A stretch of 64,000 nucleotides of DNA from Eledone cirrhosa. Lineage: Eukaryota. Below the pieces are notes generated by a model, which had not been told where the DNA came from, searched no databases, and saw nothing but the letters and a program-made list of their open reading frames with translations. The stretch is from NCBI GenBank assembly GCA_964016885.1, contig OZ024744.1:84072001-84136000 (forward strand), written 5' to 3'. Numbering within the stretch: position 1 is the stretch's first letter; every line of letters starts with the position of its first letter. Below are positions 1-14,609 of this stretch, piece by piece. A program made the position numbers and the translations under genes.

Positions 1-2785
1 CGTATCGGGTCATCCAGCTCTTATCTAGATAGACTATTTTGTAGGGAAATAGATAATTCCAGCATAAACTGTCCACAATACAAAATAGTAGACTACATGG
101 ATCATAAATTCGTGATCTGTTGACTTAGATAGGCTTCATAGACAGGAACCCGGCTACTGGAAGCTAAACGCGTCATTAACAGCGCGCAAAACCTACAGAG
201 ACCGGATTAGCGAACTGGTTAAGCGGGTGTTGACGGGGTCCATCGTCAACAACAAATGGTGGTTTGCTCTGAAAAGAGCGATTAGAATAGAGTCCATTAG
301 GTTTAGTAAAGTTTTAGCAATAGAGAAAAATAGAGCAGAGGGAGAATTAGTTAGAAAATTAGATGAGGCGCTTAGTAAATGTATCGCGATGGACGTACTT
401 GCGGCGAAATTGGCCCTTGACGAATTCTTCAATGCAAAGCACGAAGGCTGCGTTGTCAGAGCTAAGGTGCGTGCTCTCACACAAGGGGACGAAAGCCGTT
501 TAATGGGCCCGAGTGGCGGAGGCCCATCGTTTCAACAAAGCCACGATCCGGTCTTTGGTGGACTACGACGGGCGCATGCTACTCGATCCCGGGCAAATAT
601 GTGAAGCTATTCAGCGACACTTCACACAGCTGTACGGGGGCATCGGCGGGCCGGCCCGAGTGATGGACATTAGTGCCTACCTCGACGGACTGCCGCGGCT
701 CTCAGCCACTGAGGCAGATTGTTGCGAAAAGCCGATAACAGCCGCTGAAGTACGGGAAGCAATGACTGGCTGCACAAAGGGTAAATCGTCTGGTTTGGAT
801 GGTCTGCCCTACGAACTTTACGTACACATGCCAGACTTGTTCGAAGGCCTCTTGGCGGACGTCTACTGCAACTGGCAAACGAACGGGAGAATTCCCAGCT
901 CTGTGAGCCGAGGAGCGGTGGCCCAGCTGAGAAAGGACCGGAACAAGAAGGATAATAGATAAGTTCAGGTCCATAACTCTGCTAAATACAGAGTTCAAGA
1001 TTTTGGCCAAGGTGCTAGCAAAGGGGTTGGCGCTTGTCGTTGGTGGTCTGGTGGGTGAGGCGCAGACATGCGCCATTCCCGACAGATCCATCCACGACAA
1101 CTTCCACCTCATGCGATACATCGTGGAGAGGGTAGCGAGGGACCCTGGCACGGATGGGTCCTTGATCAATTTAGATCAGTCGAAAGCTTTCGATAGGGTT
1201 GACCATCGTTATCTGGTGGCAGTCCTGAGGGCAGCTGGCTTTGGGTTCGTCTTCAGAGGCTGGATGCACAGCGACATTTGCTCTGTGGTGAGAGTTAACG
1301 GTCACCTTTCGGAACCGTTCAACATCATGCGCTCGGTCCGCCAAGGATGTCCCCTCTCGTCACTCTTGTACGTATTGACTCTCGAGCTATTACTGCACAA
1401 ACTGGAGACGTTGAGGGGCGTCCCGCGCGAACTAGGATGCAGAAGATCCGTGTCAGCATATGCGGACGATGTCACCGTAGTGGTGTCGAACGCCAAACAC
1501 ATTGAGGTGATCAGCACTACACTAAGAGAATACGAAGCGGTGACCAGGAAAAATCGGGCGGCCTGCATCTTGGCACCTGGGGAGGCAGGTCCATGCCGTT
1601 CAACAGCGTCGTCGGGCGCTGGACGGAGGGACTGGTTAAATTGCTAGGTGTCTGGTTCGGTCCGGACCTCCAGACGGACAAAAACTGGGACGAAGTGACG
1701 AGCAGGGTGGCTTCTCTCACCCAGAAATGGGCAAAGAGGAAGCTTACCCTGAAAGGTAGAGTGGAGGTTGCGAATGCGTACATCGCGTCCGTCATCTACT
1801 ATCGCCTGACCATCGTGCCTTGTCCTAAGCCTCCCCTGACTGCGCTGGAGCGTTTGATCTTTCGATTTTTGTCGAAGGGACGCGCTCCGATGGTCAATGC
1901 GGTCCATCTGCTATCAACACCCGCTACGGGAGGGCTGGCCATGCGTGGCTGATGATACGCAGACACGCGCTCAGGCTTCGGTATCTGCACCTCTTCCTCG
2001 ACGGTGATCAGGTGCAGTCGCTGTTTGCTAGACGCGTCTATCCCCAGCTAGTCTCCTTGACAGAGCTGCAGTCCTGGGTCAAGCGAAGACCGAGAGGGAG
2101 CGCTTGGAGACTGGAATGTCTTCAGGCGCTCACAGCCCTCGATCAGTCGGTCAATGTGATCAGTGGAAACTCCACCTTTGCGTTCTATATAGGATTGTGG
2201 AGGGGAAGAGCGGCGACGTACTTGGGGAAACTCTAGGCGTCGACGAAAATCAACCAGCCAATCTCTTCGGAAGAACTTTCGGGCCGGAGCCGATGGACAA
2301 CTTCCAGAAATCCCTGGCTTGGCAGAGCTACCGAGGAGCTTTGCCAGTTCGGGATGAAGTCTACAGGCATGGAAGTGCCGTCAGCCGGGCATGTCCGACA
2401 GTCGCGCAGGGCGACGAAACCGTACTGCATGCACTCGTCTAGTGTGCGAGCATTGCTGTCTTGTGGGTTTATGTCGAACACCTGCTGTCGCGTGTAGGAC
2501 GGATCCGGCTATCAGCTGAGTCCATCTGAGTATGTGCCTGTAAATTGAAGGTGGAAAACTGGGAGAGGGTCGTTGCTCTGATGGTCAGTGTCACCGTGGC
2601 TTTATTAATGGGCTTTCTCCACGAATGTCCCTCGGATGTCTTCCCCCTATTGGGGAATTTTTTATTGTTTTTTTTTGTTACATCTTCTGTTTTTGTTTTT
2701 TACACGTAGACATGCCCATTTGTAACGTCCTGTATTGTCCTTAACGTCTTACTTTGTGTAAACCCTTGTGGTTAATAAAGAAAGC
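1..2785 (+). mobile_element. Tx1/L1-clade LINE, family A, degenerate; 5' part lies outside the window
   Basis: Frameshifted ORF2 pieces contain LDQSKAFD, RQGCPLS and YADD. Colinear with 47920-51021. Ends in AATAAAGAAAGC followed by (ATT)n. Internal deletion at about 2527. Confidence 0.95.
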
Positions 2786-3539
2786 ATTATTATTATTATT
2801 ATTATTATCTTCGTTATCTTCTTCTTCTCTTTCGTTATCTTCTTCTTCTGGAGTTAGTATAGGCTGAGTATTTGGAGCCTATTTCAGCGAAAATCTGAAA
2901 GCGCCACAGAAACAATTCAGCATAAATGACATTGTAGTTTGTGTAATCGATATATATAGACCACACCTCTTCCCATAGACTGAAAGCTCTTCCACCTTTA
3001 GATAGTCATTACTTTATTACTCTACACCAAATGTTCTCAACCCATTTTGACCAAATGCCCCCTTTTGCCCCTCGAAATCACGAAACCTATTTTTCCATTG
3101 TTCAATATACTACTGATTTTGATACCAGTAGATTACTGGGCCAAATCAAGTTATCTTAGATTCTTTAAAAAATACTCGTAGACATTAAATACAAAAAAGT
3201 TTCAGTCCAAAACAAAAGCAAGCTATTTCAAATTATATATTTTTGAATTAAAAAAAAATATTTGATCTCAGTCGAAAAAGCTTTTTTTTTTTTAAATTCT
3301 ACATTTTACTGTGAGCTGTTGTAATATTTTGAGTGGATAGACAATTGAAACTGCAAAGTCAACATACAAAAGATGCAAAATATGAAGAATTTCTTACCTT
3401 TCTCTGAAATCACAAACTCAGGGGAAAAATAGTAACTTGCAAAATAATATACCTCGTAGCAAAATAAGTAGTAAGGAATGAATTGAGAAGCTTCGTCACT
3501 GAGAAAGCAATATTTTTATCCCTTATATATAAACATAGA

Positions 3540-3549
3540 TACACACACA

Positions 3550-3618
<69 letters not shown>

Positions 3619-3733
3619 CACACACACACAAACTTGTGTGTGTGTGCCTTGGTACAGAAATAATTTTGCCTACAGTTTTTTATTGCCAGGTCAAAGGCTA
3701 CAGCTCTTTTCAACAACGCCAAATAACAACGCT

Positions 3734-3775
<42 letters not shown>

Positions 3776-3790
3776 GTATATATATATATA
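3540..3790. repeat. (TA)n/(CA)n microsatellites
   Basis: Read directly from the sequence. Confidence 0.95.
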
Positions 3791-4082
3791 AATGAAGAGA
3801 GAAATAGGGAGGGACAGAGAGAGAGTAAGAAATGTGTGTGTTTGGTACACGTCTATCTATCTATCCTGGGATGGACACGTGTTAAATTTGCTCGGTAAGT
3901 TTTGTTTAAATTTCTTTAGAAATTCATCATTGTGAACTTTTAATTTTATACCAAATTGTAGAGGGACTGACAGGTCAAATTTTGATCTGGTCAGTCCTCC
4001 AAAATATAGTGCCCCTCAGGGCAAAAAGATCCAAAACATCTTAAAAAAAAAAAATTTTTTGCAAAACCACATTTTTAAAAAA

Positions 4083-5844
4083 ATGGCCGAAGCACCTACT
4101 TCTTTGCCAAAACAATAAGATGGGAAGGGAAGGCATGCCCACTTGACCAGCAGGTAGTAGCAGACATGAACAAAGAAAAGCCAACTTCATCGCCTCAACA
4201 TCTAGCTGCTGGCAAACAACTGAACACGCCTGACGTCACAAACGTCACAAGTATCCACACACCAAACGAGAAAGACAACAACAACAAAAATGAAAACAAC
4301 ACAAACGACGAAAAACAAAACAATACAAACACCAACAACGAAAACAAAATATCTTTTGCACAAACGGCTAAATTATCAATCACATATGTGCTTGAAGATA
4401 TTTCAAAAGCCAAAGGAATGCTGGAAAAAGCCAAAAAATATGTATCTTTTGGCGAAAACGGTTCTTTTTCTATAAATTCGCCTCCAGAACTAAAAAAACA
4501 GACGGAATTACGAACTGTCGTATTCCGTACAATTTCAAATAAGACAAAAAAAACAGCACAACCATCTCAAGCTGAAATTCAGTTAGTACTGAAAGAAGCG
4601 ATGAAAGATATCACTTTCATACAAAAGGATAAACTCTATGGGAGTTTATCCATATTGATGAAAGACGAATTGGCGGCGAAAAAATACTCTGTGTCGCCAA
4701 TTCGTTCCACACACTACACCTTCCCCACCTACATGGGTAAAAAAATCCCAGAGAATATGGATAACCACCATCACCCCAAACATAAACTACTGGTGGTTAC
4801 TAACCGGTTTCCTCAATTTAGACGAGGACAACCTCATATCAATAGGGAAGGCACCCGGCGACGCGTTCAGTGGAACGAGTATCGAAGTTCTAACACAAAT
4901 AAGGCCAGAACGTATCGCCCAAATCCCTGAGCGCGTCATGCTGGATGACCGTACCCACCTCAACATTATTGTGGAGGGTAGGCGTCCCTCCTGTTACCTC
5001 TGTGGCAATAGAGGTCACCTGAGGGCTGCCTGTCCCCAGCTCACACAGAAAAAAACACTGCTACCAACACCAACACCACCCCAACAACAACAACAAAAAC
5101 AACCATAACAACAACAACAACAAAAACCAACAACACCACCACCACAACAACAACAACAACAAACACGTGAAAAAACAACACAGAATACTGTCCCACCCAA
5201 CCCCTCCCCACTCAAAACAAATACAAAAACACACACACCGCAAAAACTACCAGAAAACATACCCTTCCCCCCCAACAAGGAAGACGAACCCCTTTCGTCG
5301 CAAGACGAAAAAGATCCCTTCCAAACAGTAAAAAGAAAGAAGAGGAGGCGCACCACAGACACACTTGTTAACATTAATCCTCCCCAAGAGAACACAAACT
5401 ATATACAAACCACCCCTCCCCGTCACACAACACTAACTGCTACACAAAAAAAAGACCTTACAATATACAAACATGAACACAGACAACAAAGAACTACTGA
5501 AAACAATTTCATCAAACCCTTCGTTCCAAACTGAAGGGCCTAACTTTATAACTGCTGTGGGACTACCTCCTTTAAAAATGATTAAAGTCCCAATGAACTT
5601 TTATAAAACATTGAAAATAAATTTCACGGAGGACGTGTCCCCCACCCCCCTGCGCCAAGCCAATCAACCGCGTCCTCCAAAAAATTTCACCCGTCCCCAC
5701 CCAGACACCCACTCAACCACAAACGCCCCAACCCCACAACACACTGATGCCCCTTTACTTCCACAAACCACCACCCCATCCAACAACCCATCCCCAACCA
5801 GCATGGAAATTGAGCGGCCCGTTTCCCGGGACGCAGAGAGGTAA
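4083..5844 (+). pseudogene. Tx1 family B ORF1 (zinc-knuckle nucleic-acid-binding protein), frameshifted
   Basis: ORF pieces 4166-4930 and 5473-5844. CCHC knuckle RPSCYLCGNRGHLRAACP at about 4980-5035. N/T/P/Q low-complexity tracts. Homologous layout to 45325-47306. Confidence 0.8.
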
Positions 5845-5868
5845 GTGCCTTTTCTCCTTACCACCAAC

Positions 5869-8800
5869 ATGGCTGTGCTAAGAGTAGGGTGTCTAAATGC
5901 GCGTGGCCTGAGCTCATCTTGGAAGCAAGTAATGCTTCTAAATGACCTCAGGTCATGATCTATAAATGTGATGGTTATCTGCGAGGCCCGGATCAGCAGC
6001 ATACGACAGCTAGCCCCCACCTTTGACGACTTTGAGATGCACGCATCTCTCTGTCAGCCCGGAGGTGGGGGTGGGGTTGTCGTTCTGCTGCAAAAACATC
6101 TGGGTCTTGCCACACATATAGTCCACTTGGACCCAGGGGGTCGACTGGTGGTGCTGGACCTTGGCAGTGGAGAAGGTGGAGCCTTTAGGCTGGTAGCCGC
6201 ATATGCCCCTTTTGGGACGGAGCGGCCCGACTTTTTCCAGCGTCTGGAGTCTTTTCTAGGGACGTCCCGTTCCCTGCTTTTAGTGGGGGACTGGAATGGT
6301 ATCCTGGATGCACGTTGGGACTATGCAGGAGCATGTCCCGATAGAGAGGGGTGCAACAGCCTCAAGGGGTTACTCGGCCGATTTCACCTGGCCGATAGAT
6401 TTCGACTAGATTTTCCGACGGTGCCAACCTGGTCTTGGTCAAATCGCAGCGGATCATCTAGGTCGTACCTAGATAGGTTTTTAGTTAGAAATAAGGACAG
6501 GGACTTTTTAAGTTGTCCAGAAATGCGCATGGTTGGCTATTCAGACCACAAGTTGGTGACCTGCATGGTCAACCTTGATAGAACGCATAGACAGGGCCCC
6601 GGTTACTGGAAGCTCAACTTGTCCTTGCCGGCAAGTAGAGCTTACAGGGATCGGATTAGTACGTTAGTTAAGGAACGGTTGACTGGAGCGATCGTCAACA
6701 GCAGGTGGTGGGTATCTCTAAAGAGAGAGATTAGAGTAGTCTCGATAGAATTTAGTAAGGTTCTAGCTGCGGATAGGAATAGGAAGGAAAGGGAGTTAAT
6801 AGATAGAGTAGAAGAGGCAATTAGAAGCAGCGACGTGGCCAGAGTGCTAGCGTCGAGAAAGGCTTTGAGCCAGTTTTTCGACGCGAAGCACGAAGGCTGC
6901 GTTGTCCGAAGTAAAATACGTGCTCTAGGGAACGAGGGGACCAAAGCTGTTAGCTGGGCCCACGTGACAGAGGCCAAGAGTGAAACTAAATCCACCATCC
7001 GGTCTTTGCGAGACCAGGATGGACGGGCGATCCTTGAGCCTAAGCAAATGTGTGAGGCCTTTCAAAGGCACTTTGCCCGACTGTTCGGAAGGGGCGGGGA
7101 GCCGGTTGGGGATGTGGACTTCGGTCCATACCTCGACGGCCTGCCGTGTCTCTCGGACGGGGAGGCGAAGTCCTGCGAGGAGCCGATTTCGGCCGCTGAG
7201 ATAGAGGACGTACTGAGCCAATGCGGCAAACGCAAATCGCCTGGTCTCGATCGTCTTCCATACGAACTATATCTAGCTATGCCGGACTTGTTCCCCGATC
7301 TCCTCGAGGCGGTCTACTGCAACTGGAAACAGAACGGGAGAATTCCCTGTACTGTGACCAAGGGCGTAGTCACGCTAGTGAGGAAGAACGAGAACAAGGG
7401 GGACGAAATAAGTTACTTCAGGTCCATAATTCTGCTAAATACAGAGTTACAGATTTTGGCCAAGGTGCTAGCAAAGAGGTTGGCGCTTATCGTGGGGAAC
7501 CTGGTGGGAGATGCGCAGACATGTGCTATCCCGTCCAGGTCCATCCTTGACAACCTCCACCTCATGCGATACATCATAGAGAGGATTAGGAACGAACCCG
7601 TCTTTGGTGGGGCTCTGATCAACTTGGATCAATCTAAGGCGTTCGATAGGGTCGACCATGGTTACCTGGATGCGGTGCTAGCGGCGGCAGACTTCGGACC
7701 CGTTTTTAGGGGCTGGATCACTGCTATGCACAGCAGCCGCATCTGCTCTAGGGTCAAGGTGAACGGCTACCTCTCGGAGCCGTTCAAAATCGCGCGGTCC
7801 ATCCGACAAGGGTGCCCTCTCTCCTCCCTTCTGTATGTGTTGACTCGAGCCACTACTGCGGAAGTTGGAGTTGTTGCAGGGCATCCCTTTGGAACCGGTA
7901 TTGCGGAAAGCGGTGTCGGCCTACGCCGATGACGTGACAGTAATGGTGTCGACGGTCTCCGAAATCGGGGCGATCGGCACCTTACTGGAGGAGTACGAAA
8001 GGTTCACAGGGGCTAAGCTGAACCGGGACAAGTCGATCGGTTTGCAACTCGGAACGTTGAGGGGCAAACCGATGCCCTCCGATGGCGTCGTCGGATGCTG
8101 GAGGGAGGGCCCGGTGAAGTTCCTCGGGGTCTGGTTCGGACCAGACCTCCAGGTGGAGAAGAACTGGGCGGAGGTTACGAACAGGGTGTTTGCACTGACC
8201 CAGAAGTGGGCCAGTTGCAAACTATCCCTGAAAGGTCGGGCGGAGGTGGCGAACACCTATATAGCGTCCATCATCTACTATCGCCTGACCGTCGTGCCTT
8301 GCCCAAGGGAAACCCTCGCCAAGATGGAGCGCGCGCTCTTCCAATTCCTTTGGAAGAGGCGGGCTCCCTTGGTGAGGAGATCCATCTGCTATCAACACTC
8401 TTCGAAAGGAGAGCTGGGGATGCCGTGGCTAATGATGCGTAAAAACGCATTAAGGCTACGGCACCTCCAGGTATTCCTCACCGGTCAACCGGTGTGGGCC
8501 TCGTTTGTGAGACGAACCTTTCCCAGACTCGACTCACTCACCGAGCTGCAATCTTGGGTTAAGCAAAGACCGAGAAAACTGGGCGCCTGGCACACTGAGT
8601 GTGCCTAGGCGCTCACCGTCCTCTGGCAGGCGGATCCGGTTATCAGTGGAGACTCCACCGCAACATTCTATAGAGGGCTGGTACGCAGCAGGTGCGACGA
8701 CGCCCTCGGAGAAGCCCTAGACATGGAGGAAGACGAACTGGCCAGCCTGTTCGGTAGGACATTCAGCCCGGGATCTATGGACAACTTCCAGAAGTCCCTG

Positions 8801-9304
8801 GCCTGGCAGTGCTACCGAGGGGCTCTACCCGTTCGAGAAAAGCTCTACAGACACGGTCGCCCGGGTAGGGACCCCGCCAAAAAGATCTGTCCCAGATGCG
8901 TGTGCGACGAGGAAACCGTTGCACACGCATTGGTACACTGCTCGGGCGTAGCCGATCTGTGGGGCTATGTCGAACAACTGCTGTCAAGGGTGGGACCGAT
9001 CCGGTTGACCTCCGAGTCTATTGTAATGATCAAGCCGGCTCCCCCCTTCAAAAATGAAGGAGAGACGGTGTTTCTGTGCGTAATAGCCATGGTGAAAGAG
9101 GTTGCATGGTGGACGCGTCTGAAAGTACTGAGGTCAGGCACCTTTCTCTCTGGCCAACAACTGGTCCGTTTCTTCCGATATCATTTCGGAAGAAGGATCA
9201 GGATGCAAAGAGAGCTGCTCCACCCCAGTCGTTTTTATGAAAGGTGGGTGAAAGTGGCGAGAATGGCCCGTGTGAATGGGCCTTCTCTTTACATAAGCCT
9301 GTAG
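5869..9304 (+). pseudogene. Tx1 family B ORF2: APE endonuclease, reverse transcriptase and C-terminal CCHC, with stops and frameshifts
   Basis: NARGL, GDWN, YLDR and SDH (APE); LDQSKAFD, RQGCPLS and YADD (RT); CPRC..ETVAHALVHC. ORF pieces 5968-7932, 7865-8608 and 8723-9304. Confidence 0.93.
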
Positions 9305-9655
9305 GTGGAAAAGAGGAAGGAACGCTCCTGAGGAGAAGGGTTGCACACTTTTTTCGGGGGTGTGTGCGACCCCCCAAGGCGCCTCCTCTCTATTGAGGAT
9401 TTTGTTATAAATTTTATTTTGTTATATTTTATTTTATTTTTATATTTTGTTATTGCCTCCTCCTTATTGAGGACGCTTTTTTGTGTAAACTCCCCCCATT
9501 GTACTTGTCCCACTTTTGATGCCCTGGTGGCAAATAAAAGAAACATATCTATCTATTTATCTCCAACGGGGTGCTCACACATGCGGTCCGCGAACTACTT
9601 ATCTGTGGCCCGTGGTAGAACCAATATTTCATATCGCATTATAACTGATGAAAAT

Positions 9656-9872
9656 AAGGCGGTGAGCCGGTGGAATCGTTAACACATCTGGCGAAATGCT
9701 TAGCGGTACTTCTTCCGTTTTTACGTTCTGAGTTCAAATTCCGTCGATCTCAACTTTGCCTTACATCCTTTTGGGGTCGATGAATTAAGTACCAGTTGTG
9801 TACTAGGATCGATGCAATCGACTGAACTCTAAACCCCAAATGTTATGCCTTGTTCCTATAGTAGAAATGATT
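9656..9872 (+). mobile_element. tRNA-derived SINE
   Basis: B-box-like GAGTTCAAATTCC and the core actttgcct(t/a)catcct..ggggtcgat..aagtaccag shared with many other copies in the window. Confidence 0.8.
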
Positions 9873-9972
9873 ATAACTGGTGAAAATGTTCACCCACCAC
9901 TACGTTTGGCCCACTGTGCTTCTCCTCTAGGACGTAATAGCCCTTTTGTGTCCTTGAGTTTGAGACCCCTCT

Positions 9973-10024
<52 letters not shown>

Positions 10025-10049
10025 CATATATATATTTTACTTTTTGTCT

Positions 10050-10759
<710 letters not shown>

Positions 10760-10760
<1 letters not shown>

Positions 10761-11510
10761 CGATTCTAAGCCCCAATATTAACTGTAAAACTAGAAATGT
10801 AGTATATAGCATAAGATGTACTGAAGGACAATGTAGAGATAAGAATATAGTGTACATAGGTGAGACAGCTCGTAGTATAGGAGAACGGATAAATGAACAC
10901 TGGCGAGAGCTTCAAAATAGTAAAGAATCATCTGTACGCCACCAACATGCTAAAATAGAACATAAGGGTAAATTAGAGAACATAGAAATAAAAATAGAAT
11001 CTACACACAGAAAAGACGCAATGTTTAGACAAATCACAGAGGCAATAAACATAAATGAACTCCAACTGAAATTAAATAGAAAACATGAATGGAATAGCAA
11101 CATCACAACTTACAATTAAGGACAAAATGAAAACACACACACATATAGAACAAACAACCAACCAGTAACATGTAAATAAACAAATAAATAAACAAATATA
11201 AACACACACAGACACCCGGATGTAACACATGCGCAAACTAAGCACACAACACACACAAAATCAAGATGGCGTAGGGCAGGACAGAGGAGAGGCACAAAAA
11301 CAAAGAAAAGAATCCCCAGTCACTGAAGTGGTCACAGAATGTGTGACGAAAGAACTTTGACAATATATGAACAACCGTCCGGTTGTGTCACCAACCAACC
11401 GGAAATTTATGAATTCTTAAATTTATAAATTTAACTTATAATAAATTGGAGTGAAAGCAACTGGTGCGTGTGTTTCTTATTGGCAACATGACCCTCCCAA
11501 AGCATAACAA
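10760..11510 (+). mobile_element. Penelope-like element 3' fragment (GIY-YIG endonuclease and 3' UTR)
   Basis: NVVYSIRC...VYIGETARSIGERINEH...RQITEAINI (ORF 10850-11119). Flanked by (TA)n. Confidence 0.85.
11319..11361 (+). ncRNA. Minimal type I hammerhead ribozyme-like motif with a degenerate core
   Basis: gtca-CTGAAGT-g-gtcaca gaatg tgtgac-GAAA-gaac-TT-tgac. Stems I and II pair. One core substitution. Confidence 0.55.
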
Positions 11511-11853
11511 TATATTTATATATATATATATGTAGATTTATATATATATATATATATATATATAAATCTACATACATACATACATATATACATACATTTA
11601 CGTATGTATATAGCTCTGCATTTATACATCTGTATATATACCTGCATTTATATTTAAGTGTGTAAGGATGTTGATATGATCTATGTCTTCTTTATTTTGG
11701 TAAGGTGAAAATTTTTGTCGCCAGATTTTATTACCTAGGGAGTTTAAATACCACACTTCTGGCTGAAAGCTGACCAGGTTCTCAACCTCATCAAACACTA
11801 ACGCCAGCCTGTGTGTGTATATATATATGTGTGTGTATATGTATGTGTATATA

Positions 11854-11884
<31 letters not shown>

Positions 11885-12199
11885 ATGTATGTGTGTATGT
11901 ATGTTCACCACCATTGCTTATTCTTGTCATTTCTGTTGAAGTAGTCCTTACTTTCATTCTCTTTGATTTCTTTTGATTTTCTTTTATCTCCCTAGGGAAT
12001 TCGTTGACAAGCTTCTTTAATTTATTTTCTTTGTTTTCTTCATTCAAATCACTGACTGTCTTAGAGACGTACAAATATGACTTATAAAACTTACCAAACT
12101 AAAAGGGCTTCTAGCGGCCTCAAAGTTTCAAACGCTCCCTTACTGCATAACGCCTTCCTGGAACTACGAAACTCCCCCGGAGGCATATGCCCCTCGTTG

Positions 12200-13070
12200 A
12201 GAACCTTTACTCTACACTATCTATCTAACCTTAAAGCATGCCTCCCAGTGGGTCATATCAGGAGCAACCATCTCCAATTGATCCAGCTGGATCTGTAAGC
12301 GTAACCAACCGCGATCATGATGTTATTCACCATCTTGTTCCTTGTCCACCTCTGTGTCTCTGGCTAGTCGATTTTGCCCGTAAAATCTGTCCAGCAATGT
12401 TTTCCTTATACATTGTAACCATATATCCGTAGTTCGGAGAAATAGTGGCTCTATCATGAGCGACTCCCAGTCGAATAACGTTACTCAAATGATCCTTCGA
12501 AGGAAACCCATTTAGCCGCTTGTATTCGAGATATATTCTTTCGGTCAATACTAAAAATTCATTATCATAAGTAAGGGTAGGAACGAACACCGAATTGAAA
12601 ATAGCGAGGTTTATTTTTACTTACTTTCTTCTAATGACCAAGTGCAGAAGCTCCAGTAATTCTTGTATTTAATTCAGTCTCCTGCCTTCCATCACTCATG
12701 GAATCGGTTCAGCTGTACTGCAACTTCTCCAGCTGCTTCAGTGGAACTCAATTCACATGTAGAATGCACTGCGCAGGCTTCGTTGAGAGGACAAATGTCT
12801 CAGTCTTCGCAGCACTATTTTACATTTTAGCCGAACAACACTCTACATCAAACCTATCATATGCATGTCGTAGATCACCTTCTGTCAAGTAACACCATGT
12901 CGTCTGCAAATTCCAGCTGACTGATTTTACATTTGCCAGTCTACATACCACAACCAACCAGGCTGCGCATGTCAATTCTGTTCATTTAAGTTATGGACAG
13001 GAATAGTGGCAGTACACTCTCTAGTTGGATTACGTCACCCACATTGGTGAGAGATCACAGCTCCGATATT
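12200..13070 (-). mobile_element. RTE-clade LINE fragment, degenerate
   Basis: LEFADD on the minus strand at about 12900-12918; ...FVPTLTY... in ORF 12327-12590. 3' part is similar to 13140-13260. Confidence 0.65.
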
Positions 13071-13129
13071 ATGGACATGGGGTTATAATATCTCAGGAAA
13101 GAATCGCTGGTCAGATTTTACGAGCTAAA

Positions 13130-13330
13130 TCAACAGGTGGGAGACCCAGGGGTAGAACCTGAGTAAGATGGGTGGATAACATCCATGAGCTTGGCTGGTG
13201 TTGCTTAGGGATCCAGCCAGATCAGTTGGAGGCGGTTGCTTCTGACAGGACCCGCTGGAGGAAGTATTTGAGGACTCTGCCCCTACGACCCTCTCAGGAA
13301 TAAGTGGATGAATAAAAAGAAGAAGAAAGA
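13130..13330 (+). mobile_element. RTE-clade LINE 3' end
   Basis: RPRGR..RWVDNI...ASDRTRWR C-terminal signature followed by a GAA-rich tail. Confidence 0.6.
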
Positions 13331-14189
13331 TTGCCAACACAAGAATTTCTGTAAGGACAAATAACCTACAAGAACAGACGTAAGCATATTTCAGGAAATA
13401 ATTAGGATCTGTAAACATTGTAAGAGAATTTTCAGACAACATTTTTAACCTTGCCAATTGTTGTTAATCTTTAACATCCTTGTTAACATTGAGTAACGTG
13501 ATGCTAAGAGATATGCGCTGAAAGAGTCAGGCCGACTCGCGGGGCCAATTCCTGTGTGTTGTCACCGCAATCCCGATCACTGTAAATAGAGAGATGACGC
13601 AGGAACTAGGACATTTATGAACATGTCCTCCAAAATGTAAAGCTCCTGGCGTATTTCTAAAATCATGAATAACGATAAATAACAAGAAATCTTTCTATTT
13701 GTCACAATTGTGAGAGATGGGGAAACATTACAAGAATAATATACCCCAATGACAAGGGTTAAAGTGTATGCACAGAATCAATTACGAAGAACAGTTTGAA
13801 AATAACTGTTTTTACTTTTGGTACAGTTCATTACTGGTACTTTATTTTATCGACCCCGTGACAAGTTAGAACATGAAAATTGAACAAAGTATTTCTTTTG
13901 TCTGCATACAGAAGCATACCTGCGCTTACTTGTACTTGTGTTGGCGTTCACCAACGTTCGGTTTAGCTGACTCTGATCAGTGTACTATAATACCACGAAC
14001 AGAGATCGGCCATGTATGACGATCACAGACATCCAACAGCTGATACCATATATGCGAGGACCGGATATTAGCTCAAAGCAGACACGATCGTTCCACTCCT
14101 CGTTTTCAACAGGCCGCCTCTCTGTTTACGCCACCATTTTCTGATACGAATTACTCACGGATGAATTCAGCTCATGGGTGATGAAGTAC

Positions 14190-14500
14190 GAGACTAAACC
14201 AATACCGGTGCATTTTTAGTAGGCGCTATTAGAAAGAATCTATCCGGCAGTGATAACGAATTCCAAAGTTTGACACAACATCCAATGCACGATGATGGAG
14301 GATTCGGCGTAGGCAAGAGTAGGGAAATGCTTTCAGCTTGTGTAATTCCATCTATCTTATTGACCACATCTCTCAGACGTATAGAAGTGTGTTGCGAAAT
14401 ATCACTAATACAGAAGCATATTGAAGGTAGGCCCAGCAATGCGTGATATTTTCACTACTCTCCTCCAACATTCAACTGATTCACACGAAGGCAACATCAC
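14190..14500 (-). mobile_element. CR1/L2-like LINE 3' fragment
   Basis: ...CVKLWNSL(S)LP C-terminal motif in ORF 14194-14439. Confidence 0.45.
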
Positions 14501-14609
14501 ATTCTCCACTTCAAAGTGGAACTTGGAATTGATAAGAGCTTCGCCGAAGTGAAAGATGTCTGTCTTCTGAACTTTTATTCTTGACCAGCATATAATATCT
14601 TTCGTCACA

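Larger units (their letters stand above)
3866..9544 (+). mobile_element. Full-length but disrupted Tx1/L1-clade LINE, family B, inserted in an (ATCT)n tract
   Basis: 5' UTR, ORF1, ORF2 and a 3' UTR with AATAAA. Flanked by ctatctatctatc on the left and atatctatctatttatct on the right. Confidence 0.93.

Noticed and set aside
702-1795. Antisense ORFs over LINE ORF2 (also 48114-49744 and 57005-57961)
   Set aside because: Shadow frames of RT coding sequence; they recur only because the element copies are similar.
3410-3898. ORFs of [12 protein letters not shown] type here and at 9.8-10.8, 17.8-22, 31.3-31.7, 38.4 and 40.5 kb
   Set aside because: They are translations of dinucleotide microsatellites, not genes.
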